64,000 nucleotides of DNA from Kudoa neothunni (lineage: Eukaryota; Animalia; Cnidaria). Made by a program: the position numbers and the translations under genes. The notes beneath the pieces were generated by a model, which had not been told where the DNA came from, did not search any database, and worked only from the letters and a program-made list of their open reading frames with translations. The stretch spans positions 3,361,631 through 3,425,630 of the forward strand of contig OZ199840.1 of assembly GCA_964304625.1 (NCBI GenBank), read 5' to 3'. Positions 24,323 to 39,443 of this stretch are shown piece by piece; within the stretch, counting starts at the first letter, position 1; each line of letters opens with the position of its first letter.

Positions 24323-27298
24323 ATGAAAAGTTTTGCCTATTCAATAGGAATAATATTTATTTTTATTTGTAAATTTGTTCAGTATTTTGACATTTTTTAA
24401 TAAAAAATTAGCTAAATCAATTCTGGACGATGGAGTAAGATCACCGCAACCACCTCAAGCTTTAGCTCAGGCAAAAAACTCTCTTAGCTACAAGATTGTT
24501 GAAGATGGTGGTGATATGAAGGTTCAGTTAGTATTAAGTGGAGGGGCTTTTACTACGTCGAAACATTGCTACATTAAAAAATCAAACACGGATGGTGAAG
24601 CTTACGAAGAAATTAATTCATGTCCTGAAACCCACCAAACGAATGGTGTTAGGAAATGTGTTAGGGTGTGTGCAGGGGATACAAATAAACTATCTTTTGA
24701 CATACTATCACCAAGGACGAAATATATCGAAGTTTTTGTAGCGCAAAATGCCGCAGATGCTGAAAGAAAAATTAAGGATGGGACCGTTTTTGGATTTGAA
24801 ATTCGTAATTTTCTTATATTAGAATATTCATATAAATTTCATAGGTTTATTGGTTAATCCAAAAGTGACTATAAGCACTACTAGTACACAAAAATTAAAA
24901 CTGTGCACGAAAACTTGGAAAAGTGTTTCATGCCCCATTCGTTACAAGGATGTTCAATATGTCGAAGGAACTGCTGGAGGGGATTGTGGTTCAAATCAAG
25001 CTAACGAAGTTGAATTTAATTTAATGATTCCACATTATGAAATGAAATGCGCGGGTTATCCGAGTTTCTTTTATAAGCTTCAAAATAAATATACTTTGAT
25101 GGTAACTGACGTTTACGTACCACAATATTATGTAAAATATAATAAAGAAAAAACCAAATACCTACTTAAGTTCACCAATAAATTTCCTTTCGAAATTTGT
25201 CGATTTGGTATAAAGGATGCATTAACTGCAATTGCAACTGGTGTTACAAAAGATTATACCTCAAATTGTGGGGGAAGTGACAAAGATTGCTATGCACCAT
25301 GTGATGATGTTGAGCTCACATTAACAGAATCAATAAGAGTGGTTGAAATCCTTATACAAACCAGACATTTTAACTTAAAAAAAACCGACACTACTTATGA
25401 AGGATATACTGAAAAAAAATTTGGTAATTATTCTTTATAAATATTTTAAAAATATCAATTATTAAGTTATCACTGAAACAAAAGCTAATGGAGATGCTGC
25501 TGAGTTAGTATCGACTTACACAGCTGATGGCGTTACATTAGATTTGAGTTTGTTTAATCCAAATGATAACCCTAAGTTTTCGACATGTGCCATAAAATAT
25601 TATGCTGCCGATAAACCTAGGCCTACTGCTGTCAGCACAGCGGCATCATGTAGTTCGGGAACTGGGAATTGTGACGGTACATGTAATGCAGCATCAACAA
25701 TATCTCGACTCGAAGAGGGAAGACCATATATTCTTGAAATAACCGCAGCGACACAGCCAGGAAGTGATAATAAAATTCCAGCTAATTTTAAAGAACATAT
25801 ATTCTTGAGAACAAGTAAATTAGCGAAATTTAAATTAACTTCAATTAATATTTAGATAATGCAGCTGCATCAACATTTCCTGGTATAAATTCTGCAATAC
25901 GAGACATAGGTCTGTCTATCAAAGCCATTTCCGGTGAGGAACCCATTACTAATAGTGATATTACATGTGCCTACTACCTTAGTCCTCGAGGAAAGGATAG
26001 ATATGTTTGTGCAATGTGCGTAGATAGCTATCCATGCAGAGGATATTGCAAAGAATTTCAAAATATTGTTGGTTTAATTCCAGGAACAGAATATGATCTC
26101 AAGATTGTAGCACATAAAAGTTACGGTTCCATAGTTCATCAAATAAGGACAGGTACCAAATATATTAATTAATAATAAAAAATTATATTTTAAGCAATGT
26201 CAACACTTGCACTTGAAAGAGAATTCTTGGACAAAGGCTTCAAAGTAGTAGGCACTTTATCTTCACCATATTCTGGAGCCGTTTGCGATTACAAAGTAAA
26301 AGTAAAGAAAGGCGAATCTTTTGACATGGTGTATGAATGCCCAGCGTCATCTCCATCAGATAGCACCAGAACTCTCGCTGTCAAATCAACAGCCTCCAAA
26401 AGCGGAGTAGCTAGATCAGCAGGTCAAAAATCAACGAATGTAACACCATCAACTAAAAATGCGATCCCTACTTGTCACTCCCCACCACCATGCAGCAGTA
26501 TCATATTTAGTGAAGGATACGAAGCAGACAAGGAATACCAAGTTTTAGTGACCGCTGTAGGAAGGTCTATTGAAACCCCAATAAATATACCTGAAAGTAA
26601 ATGTTTAAGGGGATATTTTGAATTCTAACATTTATTCATTTAAAAAAATTATTTAAAGGATTAATAAATAAAGGAAGCCATAATTAAAAATGAATTTATT
26701 GAAGTTATCATTTAAATGTTTTTCTAGACCCCTTATCTAAACCACCTGAGGACCCTAAAATGGTTATAACGATAGTAATTACACGTGATGGTAATAACCT
26801 GAAAATCCAAGCGACATTACCCCCGGGAATTGACCAAAATTCTCTATGCAAATGGAAATTAACCAATTCAGAAGATCCATCCAATCCAGTTGTAAAAAAA
26901 TGTATGGTAGTCGGTGAAGGTTGCAATGCGTTTCCTTCCTGCAAGGAATTCACCATTTCCGGTGTCGAAGATACAAACAATTATCACTTAGCCTTATACA
27001 GTAGTGAGGACGAACATATATCTGGAATTGGGGAAATTAACAAAGGTAAACAATGTCATTTCTTCCAGCATTTTGATTTGTTATAATAGGTGAAATTTCC
27101 AACAAATCCACGTAAATTTTAATTCATAAAAATCATTTATAAATTTATTTAGATCAAAAAGCACAATGTATTATGATATTACAAATGGTGGTTATGGTTT
27201 TAATTTTATGATTTAGAATTGTTTCTGTTGTCATTCCAGTTGCTATAATTTTTATTGGAGTAGGATTCTATTTTGGTTACTGGAAGAATAAAAATTAG
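24323..27298 (+). CDS. Multi-exon type-I membrane/surface protein with tandem Cys-rich FN3-like modules
   Basis: Signal-like MKSFAYSIGIIFIFI; module exons separated by short phase-1 GT-AG introns; FN3 tyrosine-corner motifs (GLIPGTEYDLKIVA, RLEEGRPYILEITA, GYEADKEYQVLVTA); C-terminal TM IVSVVIPVAIIFIGVGFYFGYW then KNKN-stop. Confidence 0.8.
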
Positions 27299-29538
27299 AT
27301 ACATTTTTATCAGAAAATTACATAAATTGACTGAAATTCCTTTTTTACAAATGAATCGTTACAAGAATACGATTATATTTTAATTATCATATATTTATTT
27401 ATTAAATGCGATTTTTATGATTTAAAAAATTTGCTTTGACTGTCTACATAAATAAGTTTAATTCGGATTATTTCAAAATATTTTGAGAGATATATAAAGA
27501 ATAGTTATTTAGAGTTATTAATATAATGTGACACAGATAAAACTGAGATTAATGTTATTAACCTATTAAGTGTAAGAATTGAACACCAAATATTCATTTA
27601 TTCAATTTAATTTATTTTATTTTACATCAGTATTCAATTAAAGAATTTATAAATTAGAGATATTATAAAAAAAGAATCAATATTTCATCCTTTACTATAA
27701 TTGAATGCTTCCATAAAGAGATCATCGTCAGAAAATAAATGTTGGACTCTGAGCGCTATATAGAATTTCGAGTTAATGGGGATCATTAAAATACTTTGTA
27801 TAAGTATAAAAAAGTTTACAATTATAAACGATATGATTTTATTAGTGCATTTATTTCATCACTAAATATATCCCGAGTTTTTTATACCATCAACTTCTTA
27901 TTGTATTATATATAGAGACAATAAATATTCTGACTAAAGAAGCAATACGAATAATTCAATTGAAGATTAAAAATTAACCAATATATAAAATAATGCATTT
28001 AAAGCGTTAAATTTTAAGAATAACAATGTTTTATTTTTCCTAAGAAAAGTCATTTAGCACAGGTTCCTAGTGACTAACTTCCTTCAGTTTTTGTATATTA
28101 ATATATACTCTATTATTGTAATTTTTTGAGGGGATCATAATTTAAAACTGATTACTTCAACATAAATTAAACGAATTTATAGTAGCTAATGGACACTGCC
28201 TAATAAATTATTATTTATTATTCATTCTGGAATCACGTGACTTTTACAATAATTCGTAAAAAGGTGGAATCCAAAATAATGTTATTAATAAATTTATGAT
28301 TTTACGATATTTTAATAATTAGACAATTGTTTTCGAGGTGAAATTTGTCAGAATTAAATAAGTGTAACTCCGAGGTTATTTGTAAACGCGTTTCAGAATT
28401 TATGTTGAAATTAAGGCATAAGTGAAATTATTTTTTATATTTATCGACTTTATCCATATTTAAGCATTATACAAATATTATGAGAATCTCATTTTGATCA
28501 GTTTAAGTCATATACTAACAAAAAGAACCATTAAATATATTTCTGTGTAAACAAAATTTTCTCGATTGATTTTTATCTATCATTATCGAATAAAAGTATT
28601 CGTAGGTCAAAGTAAATACAAGGGTAAATATTTGGTACACGTGATGCTCAACTATTTTTCATGAGTCGATATTTTGGTTGACTCCGCTGCCGAAAATTTT
28701 TCCAACAGGTTAAAAATTATGGTTGCTCTATACATACATACATACATACATTCATTCAACAAATTAATTTTAAATTTGTGGATGGTAATTATCCTCAATT
28801 TAATGTTTCAAAAAGTTATTGGAAGTAGGCAATTTCGCGTTATTTAACACTTTAGGTATGATTATTCTATAAATTTTAGGTTAAAATATCAGATTCAACA
28901 CTACAAAAAATAAGAACTCTGATAAAACTTTAACTTAACCCATACTGCGTGCCTAAAAATTACTTGTTTATCGTTTATCAGCTTGGACTATTAGTGTACC
29001 CGAGAAAAAATCTATCATAATAAGTTTTAAATTCCTAAATCTCATTATATATTAAATAATGTTAAAATTAGTAAGGTTTTTCAGATACCTCAACGTGTAG
29101 AATGGCGACATTGGTTATGCACTGAAGGAAATAAATTCGGAACATAATGATAAACCAGAAAATGAATGTAATTGTTCACATGCAATGAATTTCCTTAAAG
29201 TAAAACGTATAAGATATCAGTTTATATTTAAAATAGCTTATTTGAGAGTATTTCAATATTGTTGGAAGTTTTTTGTATCAAAATCTGTAGTACCATCGAA
29301 ACGGCCTGCAAGAATCTTTATTTATCTCAAGGTTGAGACTCAACCTGCTTCCAGAAATAGAAATTAATGGTCTGTAATATCTAATCGGGGTTAATGATAA
29401 AGTACAGGACATCAGAAAAACACTCTCTTTCGCATGTTCTCTCGTTTCGTTTTTACTGTTATGTGTAACAAAATAAAAAAATTGTGATTTCAATAAATAT
29501 TCAATTAATCTCTAATTTGATTCGATAATTACCATTAA

Positions 29539-31488
29539 CCTTCGAATACCTGGAAAAAAAGTTACGCGAATGCCTGAAGAGGACCGCTGTGGTCCTATGC
29601 AATTTAATCGTCGCATAATTATATTTGAAACTATATGACTATAAAGATAAATAAAACAACAGAACAGAACAGCTTGGTTTTAAGTTAAAAAGAGGAGAAA
29701 AAATTTAATTTAATATTTTTCAACATCAAACTGAATTACATGCCCGATCTATCTATACCATCTCATTATAATGACATTAATTCTAATCGTTTTGTCTAAA
29801 ATCTAAATAGGTAAATTACACAAATATGATATATTTTGTAGATATAATCAAATTTAATAAAAAAATTCAAGTGCGTATAAAAATATGGCGAAATAAAGTA
29901 GATAAATAACACAATATATTTTATTTTTTGTTACACAAATCGCATTCTATATTTTCAATTCGGTGATTTTCGCAGACAAATTTGTTGCAATTTGAGAAAA
30001 TATGGCATGTACCTCTTCCAGAAGGAGGTTTCTTCCTTTTTATTGGGATGATTTCAAAATCGATATCATCGTTTCCTAGCAATTCTTCCGTTAACATTTT
30101 TAAAAACTCTCTTCGGGATTGTTTTTATGAGCATTTTTGAATTTCGGGTTTCGATAAACATACAGGAGATATGCATTATAGGCGGATATATCGATGATGT
30201 TAAAGAAAATCGCCATCGGCCAACGACGAATGGCTCTTTTGGTGGAATAATTTATGATCTCTGTTTTTTTCGACTCAGGATCAATATTACAATCTCGATG
30301 TGTGGAGCTTAAAAGTACCACAGATCTATTTTTCTTGGAATTGTATTTTACCAATGTAAATTTATCCTGAAATAAAAATCTCACATCGTTTGGTATTCCA
30401 TTTGATAATTGAAATTCAGGGATGAGAAATTTTTTATTTTTACGGACAGTCCTTACAATTGTTGTTTTATGAGACATTAAGTATCTCGCAACTGACAATA
30501 TGGTAAAAAAATTGTCCGTGGTAACATTACGACCTTTTTTTTAATAAGGTGTAACTAAATCCTTTACCACATGTTCACCTTGGTTGGTTTCAACAACACC
30601 GTTCTCTTTTCCAATATATATCTTTGCATTGCATAGATATGCGTTTGTTGCATCACACAACGCCCATATTTTTATCCCATACTTTCCAGGCTTAGAAGGA
30701 ATGAACATTTTGAAGGGGCAACGACCTGTAAATGTGACAAGCTGTTCATCCACAGTCAATTGGGAAGATGGGTTGTAACTTTCTTTACACGTCTTTATAA
30801 ACTCATCAAATATATATCTGATGGAGGAAGTTTATCCTCTCTATCCCTGTTTCTTCTCTTGTCGAATCTGAGACAACTTGAAAAATCTTCAAAGCGATTT
30901 CTTGTAATTTTTGCCTTTCATTACTCCAATTAATAAGATAGCTCCCAACAAAACTTTCAACTCGGCCATATTTATCTTTTTGACATTGGGTTTTTCTTGT
31001 TTAGTAAATTCGTTGGAACAATATTGGATCTCTCCCAACATTTTATTGGTCGAAAAATTATTAAAAGCCCTCATGGAGTTTAGCCATTCTGGAATGCTTT
31101 TTTTGTAAATGTCACTTTTACATTATAAATATTTTCCGCTGTAGGCCTCCTTTCAACTTTAGTTAGGGGTTATACCATTCTTCTCTATCTTTGTAGACAA
31201 TAAAAGCGACATGGGTCATATCTTCAGTACTTTCGTAATCGTTTTAAAAATAATATTATCTTCGTCAGAATACATTTTTAAGCAAATTTCTTGTTGAGCG
31301 CGCAAGCTTGTTATAAAATAAAATAAATTCAATTAAAATTTTTGATTTAACATATAACAAGTCATAAATTTCTTATGAAATATAATAATAAATTTAGAAT
31401 GATGTAATTATAGTTAAAAATATTAAATTCGTTAACAATTACACGTGGACCGAAATGGTCCATCTCAGGCATTCGCGTAACTTTTTTT
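29539..31488 (-). mobile_element. piggyBac transposon, decayed
   Basis: Fragments TVDEQLVTFTGRCPFKMFIPSKPGKYGIKIW and RRWPMAIFFNIID; TTAA-CCTTCGAATACCTGG end; subterminal inverted repeat AAAAAAAGTTACGCGAATGCCTGA at ~29554 and ~31465-31488. Outermost right end not seen. Confidence 0.88.
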
Positions 31489-34400
31489 GTTTACTTATTT
31501 TTACAAAAATTCTCAAAACTTACAGTTCTATTATTTTAAAATGTAATGAAGCGTACTTACAACATAAAATAGGAATACATAACAAAGTTTTAAAAAATTA
31601 GCGGGAACTGCCCAACGCTAAATAATTTAAGGTCAGCAACAGCATCGTATTTTTTCATTCTCGAATTATTTAGATCCCGCTAGAGTGTTATCTAAAACGT
31701 TATTTTTTGGAAAGCATAAACATTAATGCACTTTTCCCAAACAAACGGCTAAAAATCGTCTCAATATCAACATAAATAATTTATATAATTAGATGAAATA
31801 AGAATACCATCATCTGCATTTAATTTAATTACGAAAAGTTCAACATAGCGGACGATTTCAATGAAATTTATGGACATAATGCATGTATTATAAAGCTTCA
31901 ATCTATTTGATTATAGAGTTCTTCACCAAATCGCTATTAATGATACAAACATAGACTTTTTCTCATATTTTAAACCATTAATAGAATTTTAAAATATACT
32001 TATCAAGTCAAATACGTTAAAACTCCACAAATATCCAAACAGAAACGCCAACCTTATACCTAAAGATAGATATGACATCGCTTAATCGACATTTAATAGA
32101 GCGCATAAGGAGAAAAGTTAACTTCAACCGACCATCAGCAGGTCATAAGCAGATGTTAATCCTATTGTTGAACTCAAGTAATCTGCTAAACAAACTTTGA
32201 ATCAACAAAATCACCATTTTCTAAACACTTATGGGAACATTCGATAATGTGAAAACGATTCAAAGATTTTTTGAAACATTATGATTTTTAAAAAATTTCA
32301 CAAATGATTCTTTATAAGGAACGAATTTTGTATGCACATGCGTACTTGCTGACACACACATGGACACTTCAGCTTTACATATAGAGTATATTAATTTTGA
32401 AAATTTCCTACAGACTTTTCAATAATTAATTATATTGTGTTGATTGTGAGACAAAATGTTTTAAAATGGATTGAATTTATCGCGCGTCACGTAAAGCAGA
32501 CATTCTAAGTTTCCTAGAGAATAATGAATTTTTTTCTATCCATTAACACTCATGATATTTTATTTTATACTTTGATTAGACAAGGATACCTCACGAATTA
32601 CTTATCAAGATGTTCAAATTGTCATAATTTTGACTCCTTTTATCTGACGAAAAGAAAATTAAATATTCAAACACGAATAACTCATTTGTCATCACACTAG
32701 CTTAATGAAGTTGATTATATATACTTTTCGTTTACGTCTGCAAAAAATAGTATTTTAATATTTTTAATTTTTAAATTTGAAGCTAAATTTTCTCTTCCCG
32801 ACAGGGCATCATTCCCAATAACATAGGCTCACAAGCATAAATCGCAAAAAACTCAAAAAAATTATCTATTATTGTATTCTGGATAATACAATCTTATATA
32901 TCGTAGATAAGTTGAAGGAGAATGAACCAACCTTTTCGCATTTGTTTGAGAAACTCAGAAATATTCGTACCGATAATTTTTAAAAAATTATTTGGCGGGA
33001 GAGTGTAATTGCGGAGAATGATAACAATCTTCCACACGGCAGAATAAAAAATAACAGATGCCGCTTTTTGGGATATGTTAGGTGGAGAAGCACCCTCAAA
33101 GAACTCCTCATTCCATCATAATCAGGAGTTATGGTAATCGTACTGAAAGACCGAGTGGTAGGGATATGCGAATGCCCTTCGAAAATGAACGCAAGAATTA
33201 CAGCTTGGTGTCCAAAATTTATAATGATTAATAGTAAGCCTTTTACATTCTTGAAAAGTTTAATATTACCCATAAAAATGTAAACCAATCAAATAAAACG
33301 TTACAAGAAAAAAATCATTAAAACAAATGAGCGTTATCCTGTAAATTTATCTTGGTTCATATCTTCATCAAAAATAGCTTTGATTAAAAACAGTAGAAAA
33401 TAGAGGTTTTTCAACTTTATTTTAAATTCGATAAATACTCTCTATTTTATCTCACCGAATTATAAGCATAACAATGCAACTTTTGGTTCGTTGAAAATAA
33501 TGTATCATTTTCTATTGATTCAACTAATTCCAGAAAATATAATATTTTCCGTCTAGATTTTTATCATCTCCTTTAAAAGTCATAATTATTTCTAAATGTA
33601 GGATACAACCCCAATTTGGCCGATTGTGCGTGCGCAGTCGAAATAAAAACTTATGTAATCAAGCTGTTGTTTATAAATCACAATATAGTTACAAAATAGA
33701 GAAAATAAAAAATATATTTTAGAAAAATCTATCATAGACTTTAAATTGAAATATACCGAATATTTGTTAGTTTATCCGTGAAGCACAAATAAATAATGAC
33801 TCATTTGCCGTTATTTGAGTGATAGAAAACAGATCTGGTGCTATATTGTTACAAACAACAAAGTTTCCGATGTTTAACACAGATAGATTAACGATAAAAA
33901 AATTAGTCAACAATTTTTTTGCAAGTTGTATATTTTTAAAATCAAATTTACTTCAAATCAAATCTCAAGAGGTAACAATGCGAAACGTTAAGCATTTAAG
34001 GAGATGTAACTTAGAGTTAGTCGAAAGAAACAACACAAAGAGAGAGGCTTTTAATCCGATCAATATAACCAATAAAATGCTTAATATATTTTTTTGAATG
34101 TGGCACAATGATGTAGCAGGTGGTTACAAACAATCTCATAATCCCATCTGAAGCATTGCGAACTCGGGGTTATGCGCGTGAAAATTAAAAGCAAAAAAAC
34201 CACACTAATTTTAAAACAAAACAAGCGATTATCTCCCAGCCCGTAATTAAACCAAGCTGATATTCGCTTTCGGGCGAAGAAAACAGCCTAACTATGCGCA
34301 CTTCAAACATAAACCACTGGGAGACGATACATGAAATTGTTGGGAGTATTACGGAAGTATTTAAAGGATTAGGAACGAACTTGCTGTCAACATAGAGCGT

Positions 34401-35681
34401 GGGTAGTGTAGGATGGGTGTGTTCAAATGTTTAATTAGTCCCATTGGTAGAAACAAAAATTACCGGAATCTATCGTATAGGAGAATTTTTAATTGTGGAC
34501 TGTTTAACGCACCAAATAATATGCATATGTGTCAACGTGAAGTTAACAGATAATCAACAACTAATTGCTGAGCATACCGAACATTAATAATTTTTTCAAT
34601 TCATCACCAAGTAACGAGTCACCACCAGTCACCCATCAAGGGGATTGAATCGTTTGAACACATTAGAACCTGCCCAACATTAGTACAATTTTTAAATATC
34701 TCAACACCTACCAACCAATTTCAATAGGTTAGAGTAGTTAGGTAACATAATAACTAGTGGATTACATGGCCAATCTCACACATCACACCATTACCCAACA
34801 TTGTATGTGATCACAATAGGATTGTTTGATTCTAGATTTTTTGTTGATAAAATATTCGATTAGTTAAACAAATCCCAAATAAATTTGATATGCAAATCAA
34901 ATACACTTCAATAGTACAATAAACAAGGCTGGGTGTGTGCGCCCAACAACACAACCGTTGTTAAACACGTTGGAATGGGTTCATTCAAATTCCAATTGTT
35001 ATTGGGTTGTGTATGTGTGGGAAATTTTTGGATTAAATTAGGATGAAAGCTCCGTCGATACACATATCTTTATTAGATGCTTTCACCAGATTAAACAATA
35101 TTAAGATATAGTTATCAAAAGTGATTAATTGTGGTATTTTATTAATTAGGTAATTGGTCAATTGTTTAAAAACAGAAATTATTATTGATTCAAAATTAAT
35201 TTATTTGTACCAGCAAAATTAACTCTACAAAAAATATCTCGGTTTGAGAATGTAATTAAGATCAATTGTGTAGATCATTAGGTGGATTTAAATGTAATCA
35301 CACATATCAATGTATTTGTTTAATCCCTTTAGTTGTTGACCTCAAATCTCTTGGCTTAGATACTTGTCAGCTTAGTTCGTAATATTACACTTGCATCTGT
35401 GTCGCTATATTTTGATATATATCGAGCTGTAAGTGGGCTTTCTATGTTTTTTACACTCTAACACATATTCGGTTGATGTTTTGTATTCGACTGTGTTTTA
35501 TTCATCTTATTTAACAGGTTCCAGCCTATGTGGTTGGAACCTGATGAGTTTAGTTGTTAGGGTCTATTCTCCCACCGAATCTGTATCTATTAACTTTATT
35601 CTATACATTTAGAGTGTATATCAACCCAACGTGGCAATTTTTTGAAATTTATATTGAAAATTTTGATCATAGTCCAGAATA

Positions 35682-35888
35682 ATGATGGTATCCAACCAAT
35701 ATATATTGTGCCCCTATTGCAATGAGACTCCAATCCCATTGAACAGTTTCAACGATAACAACCCTTGTAATAGATGCATGCATGAACATATGGAGTTGTA
35801 TGCGTTGAAAGATATTGAAAAACAGGCTATCCTTGGAATGTTGCTGTTGAGGGAACTTTGCTGGAATGAAACTACGGAAGATTTATAA
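35682..35888 (+). CDS. Putative 68-aa protein with CxxC...CxxC motif
   Basis: ATG-started ORF with CPYC and CNRC in otherwise ORF-poor DNA; no homology recognised. Confidence 0.3.
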   Translation: MMVSNQYILCPYCNETPIPLNSFNDNNPCNRCMHEHMELYALKDIEKQAILGMLLLRELCWNETTEDL

Positions 35889-36930
35889 TTTGAGCGTCAA
35901 AATTTATTATCACGACTTGAATTTTTTATTTGAGTCGATTTTCATTCATATTTAGTAAATTTTTATTCGATTTCTATTTCTTTTTTTCTTCGGCGTCCTT
36001 TTAAAGATTATTTAATTATATTTTCTATTTTTCTCAAACAATAGGAAGATATTTTTGATTTTTTGTAATTCGCATTGAGGTTGTAGAAATATAATTATGC
36101 AGCAATCTCTGCGGGCTTCGCCATTTCTTTCGTCTAGAGTATTTTCTTATCAAACTAAAATAGATTATATAGTTATTCACTTAAATATTTAATTTAAAAT
36201 GGTCTTTTGATAATTATTGCATATTTTTTAGGTACGTGGAAGTTTTTACTAGTGTAAAATCGTTCGGATGCGGTAACATATGTCGAACGAGTTGGTCAAT
36301 GTGTGACTTATGACTCGTTAATCCCCCTGCGCGCGACTGGCAATTGCTATTGAATTAATAAAGTGCCAATTTATTAATTCTGTAAACTTTGAACCAGATG
36401 TAAATGTTGCATTATTTAGATTAATAATGTGAAAGCATCTATAGAGAAATAGTAATTATGGGGAAATTTAATTTATTTTTATATTTTAATATTATATTTG
36501 ATATTGAACTAAAATCATGACGCTTATTACTAACCAGCTTGGGATAATTTCATTATTTAATTTACTTCGCATTTTTAAAGCTTTTTAGATTTATCTAGAT
36601 AAACATCTTAACTTACAATTTGGGATCGCAGTTTTCGACGTTTATTCTTAAAGAATTTTCCTACTAACAACGAAACTAATTTTTGGTGGTTCAGCGTCAC
36701 GCTTGTGAGCAATCGAACTCTTTAAATTAAAAAAAATTGGAATAAAATCCCATACAAAATTTTTCTCATCGAATAGCGATGGCAGAAGAATGCTGAGAAC
36801 AATAACAGAAACCAAATTGTTCTCAATTTCCCCATTTTTTCTATCTTTAGAAAAATAACTGGAAAAGAAATGTCTTGAAACTTTTTTAAAAATTCGACGA
36901 CTAAAATCGGCTATACACTTGGTGAGTTTA

Positions 36931-37414
36931 GGGGCAATTTGACCCCAGACTGTTATTGCATCAATAAATGCAATAAATACAATAAATAATTATGTAATCA
37001 TCGTATGTTAAATTAAATAGAACAATTTTTACTAAAAATATTAAATTTATTTATATCGCCGTTCGGATATAATTTAGGCCTTAAACAATATCCTTCTGAC
37101 AAAACACATACAAATCATCATCATTATCATCAGAACTCGACGTTCGATAAATAAAATAAGTGAAGAAATATTTCGTTGGAATATCTCTCATAGTCTTGCT
37201 CATACTTTTGCTAGCATGATTCGGTTAAATTCGAATGTACGACGCGGTAAAACGGATGCATCCGTGTCATCGCGTATGATCTTGTGTACATGTATACCTT
37301 ATTTTGTCAGAATTCTACCAAACTTGATTATTCGTTTCTTTAAACATTTTATTATCATTTTATGTTGTAAAAACTGTGGGATCAAATTGACCCCAAAAAC
37401 GCTCCGAAAGTTAA
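36931..37414. mobile_element. Possible piggyBac-derived MITE relic
   Basis: Related quasi-palindromes GGGGCAATTTGACCCC (36931) and GGGATCAAATTGACCCC (37378), followed by ...GAAAG-TTAA; outer left end unclear. Confidence 0.35.
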
Positions 37415-38344
37415 GGATGTAAGAATAGATATTATCTTGAAATTTCTAAAATTTTAAAAGATTCACCAGAATCTCTTAAAACGTTCGTTTGGTCAACTAA
37501 ATGTCAATTTTACTAATTAAACTATCATTACATAATTGAACATTTAAATTCTAATAATACGAAAGACTCATCTTAATATTAGTTTAGTTAATTAGTTAAT
37601 ATTCGGTAACCACGTGATTAAGTGGTATCTGATATACATAACAAACCACCTAATTTTTAATTATTTGTGATATGCAGACAATGATTACATTTTTAAATAT
37701 TTTTAAACAATTACATAAATTCACACATATATAACAAATGTGCGTAGGTCATACTTTAGGAAATTTAGGATTTTAGTTCAATTCTTAGGAGAACATTAAA
37801 AGCACTTTATAACGTATACAGATGAGTTTTCTCAACATAAGGATTTTTTTCTTTATCTAAAGAACAAAACTAAATACCATTAGATGATATATTTTAACAT
37901 TTAAAAAAAGCCTTCTAAAAGTTTTTAGTATTTCTATAGTTATTAGCATTAAACGTCAAAATTAATATTTAAAAAAAATATATAAACTAAAACGAAACGT
38001 AATAAATCATTGATTTATTTTAGTTATACTCATGACAACTTTCCTCCACAAAACGTTTTAATGTTCCTAATTAATATTAAGTAAAAGCTCGCGCAACATA
38101 TTTTGATTTTAATGAAGCTTATTTTCGGCGTATTTTAAACATAATATTTTTCTTATAATGTTTCAATCAAAATTTTGTTAAAATTATTTAGTTAAGTCAA
38201 TATTTAATGCCAAAAAATTGCCAATGTATCGCATTTTTAAATATTTAATATCTCAACTTCAAATGGCATTCTGGGGATGAAAAATAAAATTATCAAAACC
38301 TATAAATGTTTGTAGAATCTAAAAATAGAAATTATTTGCATGCA

Positions 38345-38575
38345 GGACAATTTATTCTGTTGATGAAGATGTATATGAGTGGATTGGATGGACACGAAAC
38401 AAAAAGATTGTAGTAAGCGTCGCCACGATAATCATCAAGAGAAATCAATTAGCTAAAGAAAAAGGTTTACCTTCATGTGCAATTCGTTAAGGGGTTCGTT
38501 GTTTTAAAAAAAGGTACAACATTAAAAAATCAAATTTTATTTACAATGTGGACGAAACTGCCTTATTCTACTGAT
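38345..38575 (+). pseudogene. pogo/Tigger transposase fragment
   Basis: Translates to DEDVYEWIGWTRNKKIVVS...CFKKRYNIK...IYNVDETALFY (CENP-B HTH fused by deletion to the first catalytic D). Confidence 0.65.
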
Positions 38576-39443
38576 AACAACAAGAAGAATATTTTATGGA
38601 TCGTTTAAAAATTAATATATAGTTAACTAGTCTTTATAAACGCAATTTAATCATTATTAAGTGCAAATTTTTTCTGAAATAATTGTGTACGCAAGTAGAT
38701 AGAATTGGTTCCTTACTTTATTTATTTTTAGTTCAAAAGTTAAAAATCTATCTATATATTATATTTAAATCTAATTAGATATTAAAAATTTCAATATAAC
38801 AATTTTTTCAAAATTGTGCAAGATCGGTCGCCTACTATCAACTATTTAAGAAATAAATATAAATTATAATAAATTACGTCTACTTGGCTGGATACAATAG
38901 GAAATGATACTTTATGAGTACATCTTACAATTATACTTTTAAATATTGGAATTCGTACGTTAAAAACTAAACTTCTCCAAATTAATTGTTCTCGAATATA
39001 ATTGCAAATAATCTATTGAGAAAATAGTGCAGAGTCAAAGCTTCATTGTTTATTTTTCCGCAATGGCAAATATCAAATATTGTCTAGGGTTTATCCCTCA
39101 ATCTTAGTTTTTAAATGATTTTTATAAAAAGATTACGACAATTATTTAACTATTACTTAAACAATTAAATCTCGAATTTGATAATTACCGAAAGGACGGT
39201 TAAATTTTCATATATTTTGGTGATTTATTTTAACACCCCAACCTCCAAAGAGTATCCTCAAAAATTATCACCGTAACATATGTATAAAATGTATCAAATG
39301 CATTAATCATTCAATTATTATATTTTATTTGTTCACTAATAGATTGTTCAAATTACAACACCATACTACATTATAAGATAATTATACTCTTGATTAGAAT
39401 TTAAAAAAATTCACTCCTATAAGAAGAAAAAAGGTTAATTGTG

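Noticed and set aside
28729-28750. (CATA)n microsatellite; also (AATA)n ~39796-39830, (TA)n ~63938-63954 and a 12-bp tandem duplication after the BUD23 stop
   Set aside because: Ordinary simple repeats.
31620-33290. ORF 32980-33288 and neighbouring semi-coding-looking sequence
   Set aside because: No recognisable motif; non-ATG start.
35515-35585. Hairpin followed by CTGATGAG, resembling a hammerhead ribozyme core
   Set aside because: No properly placed GAAA, NUH or convincing stem II/III.
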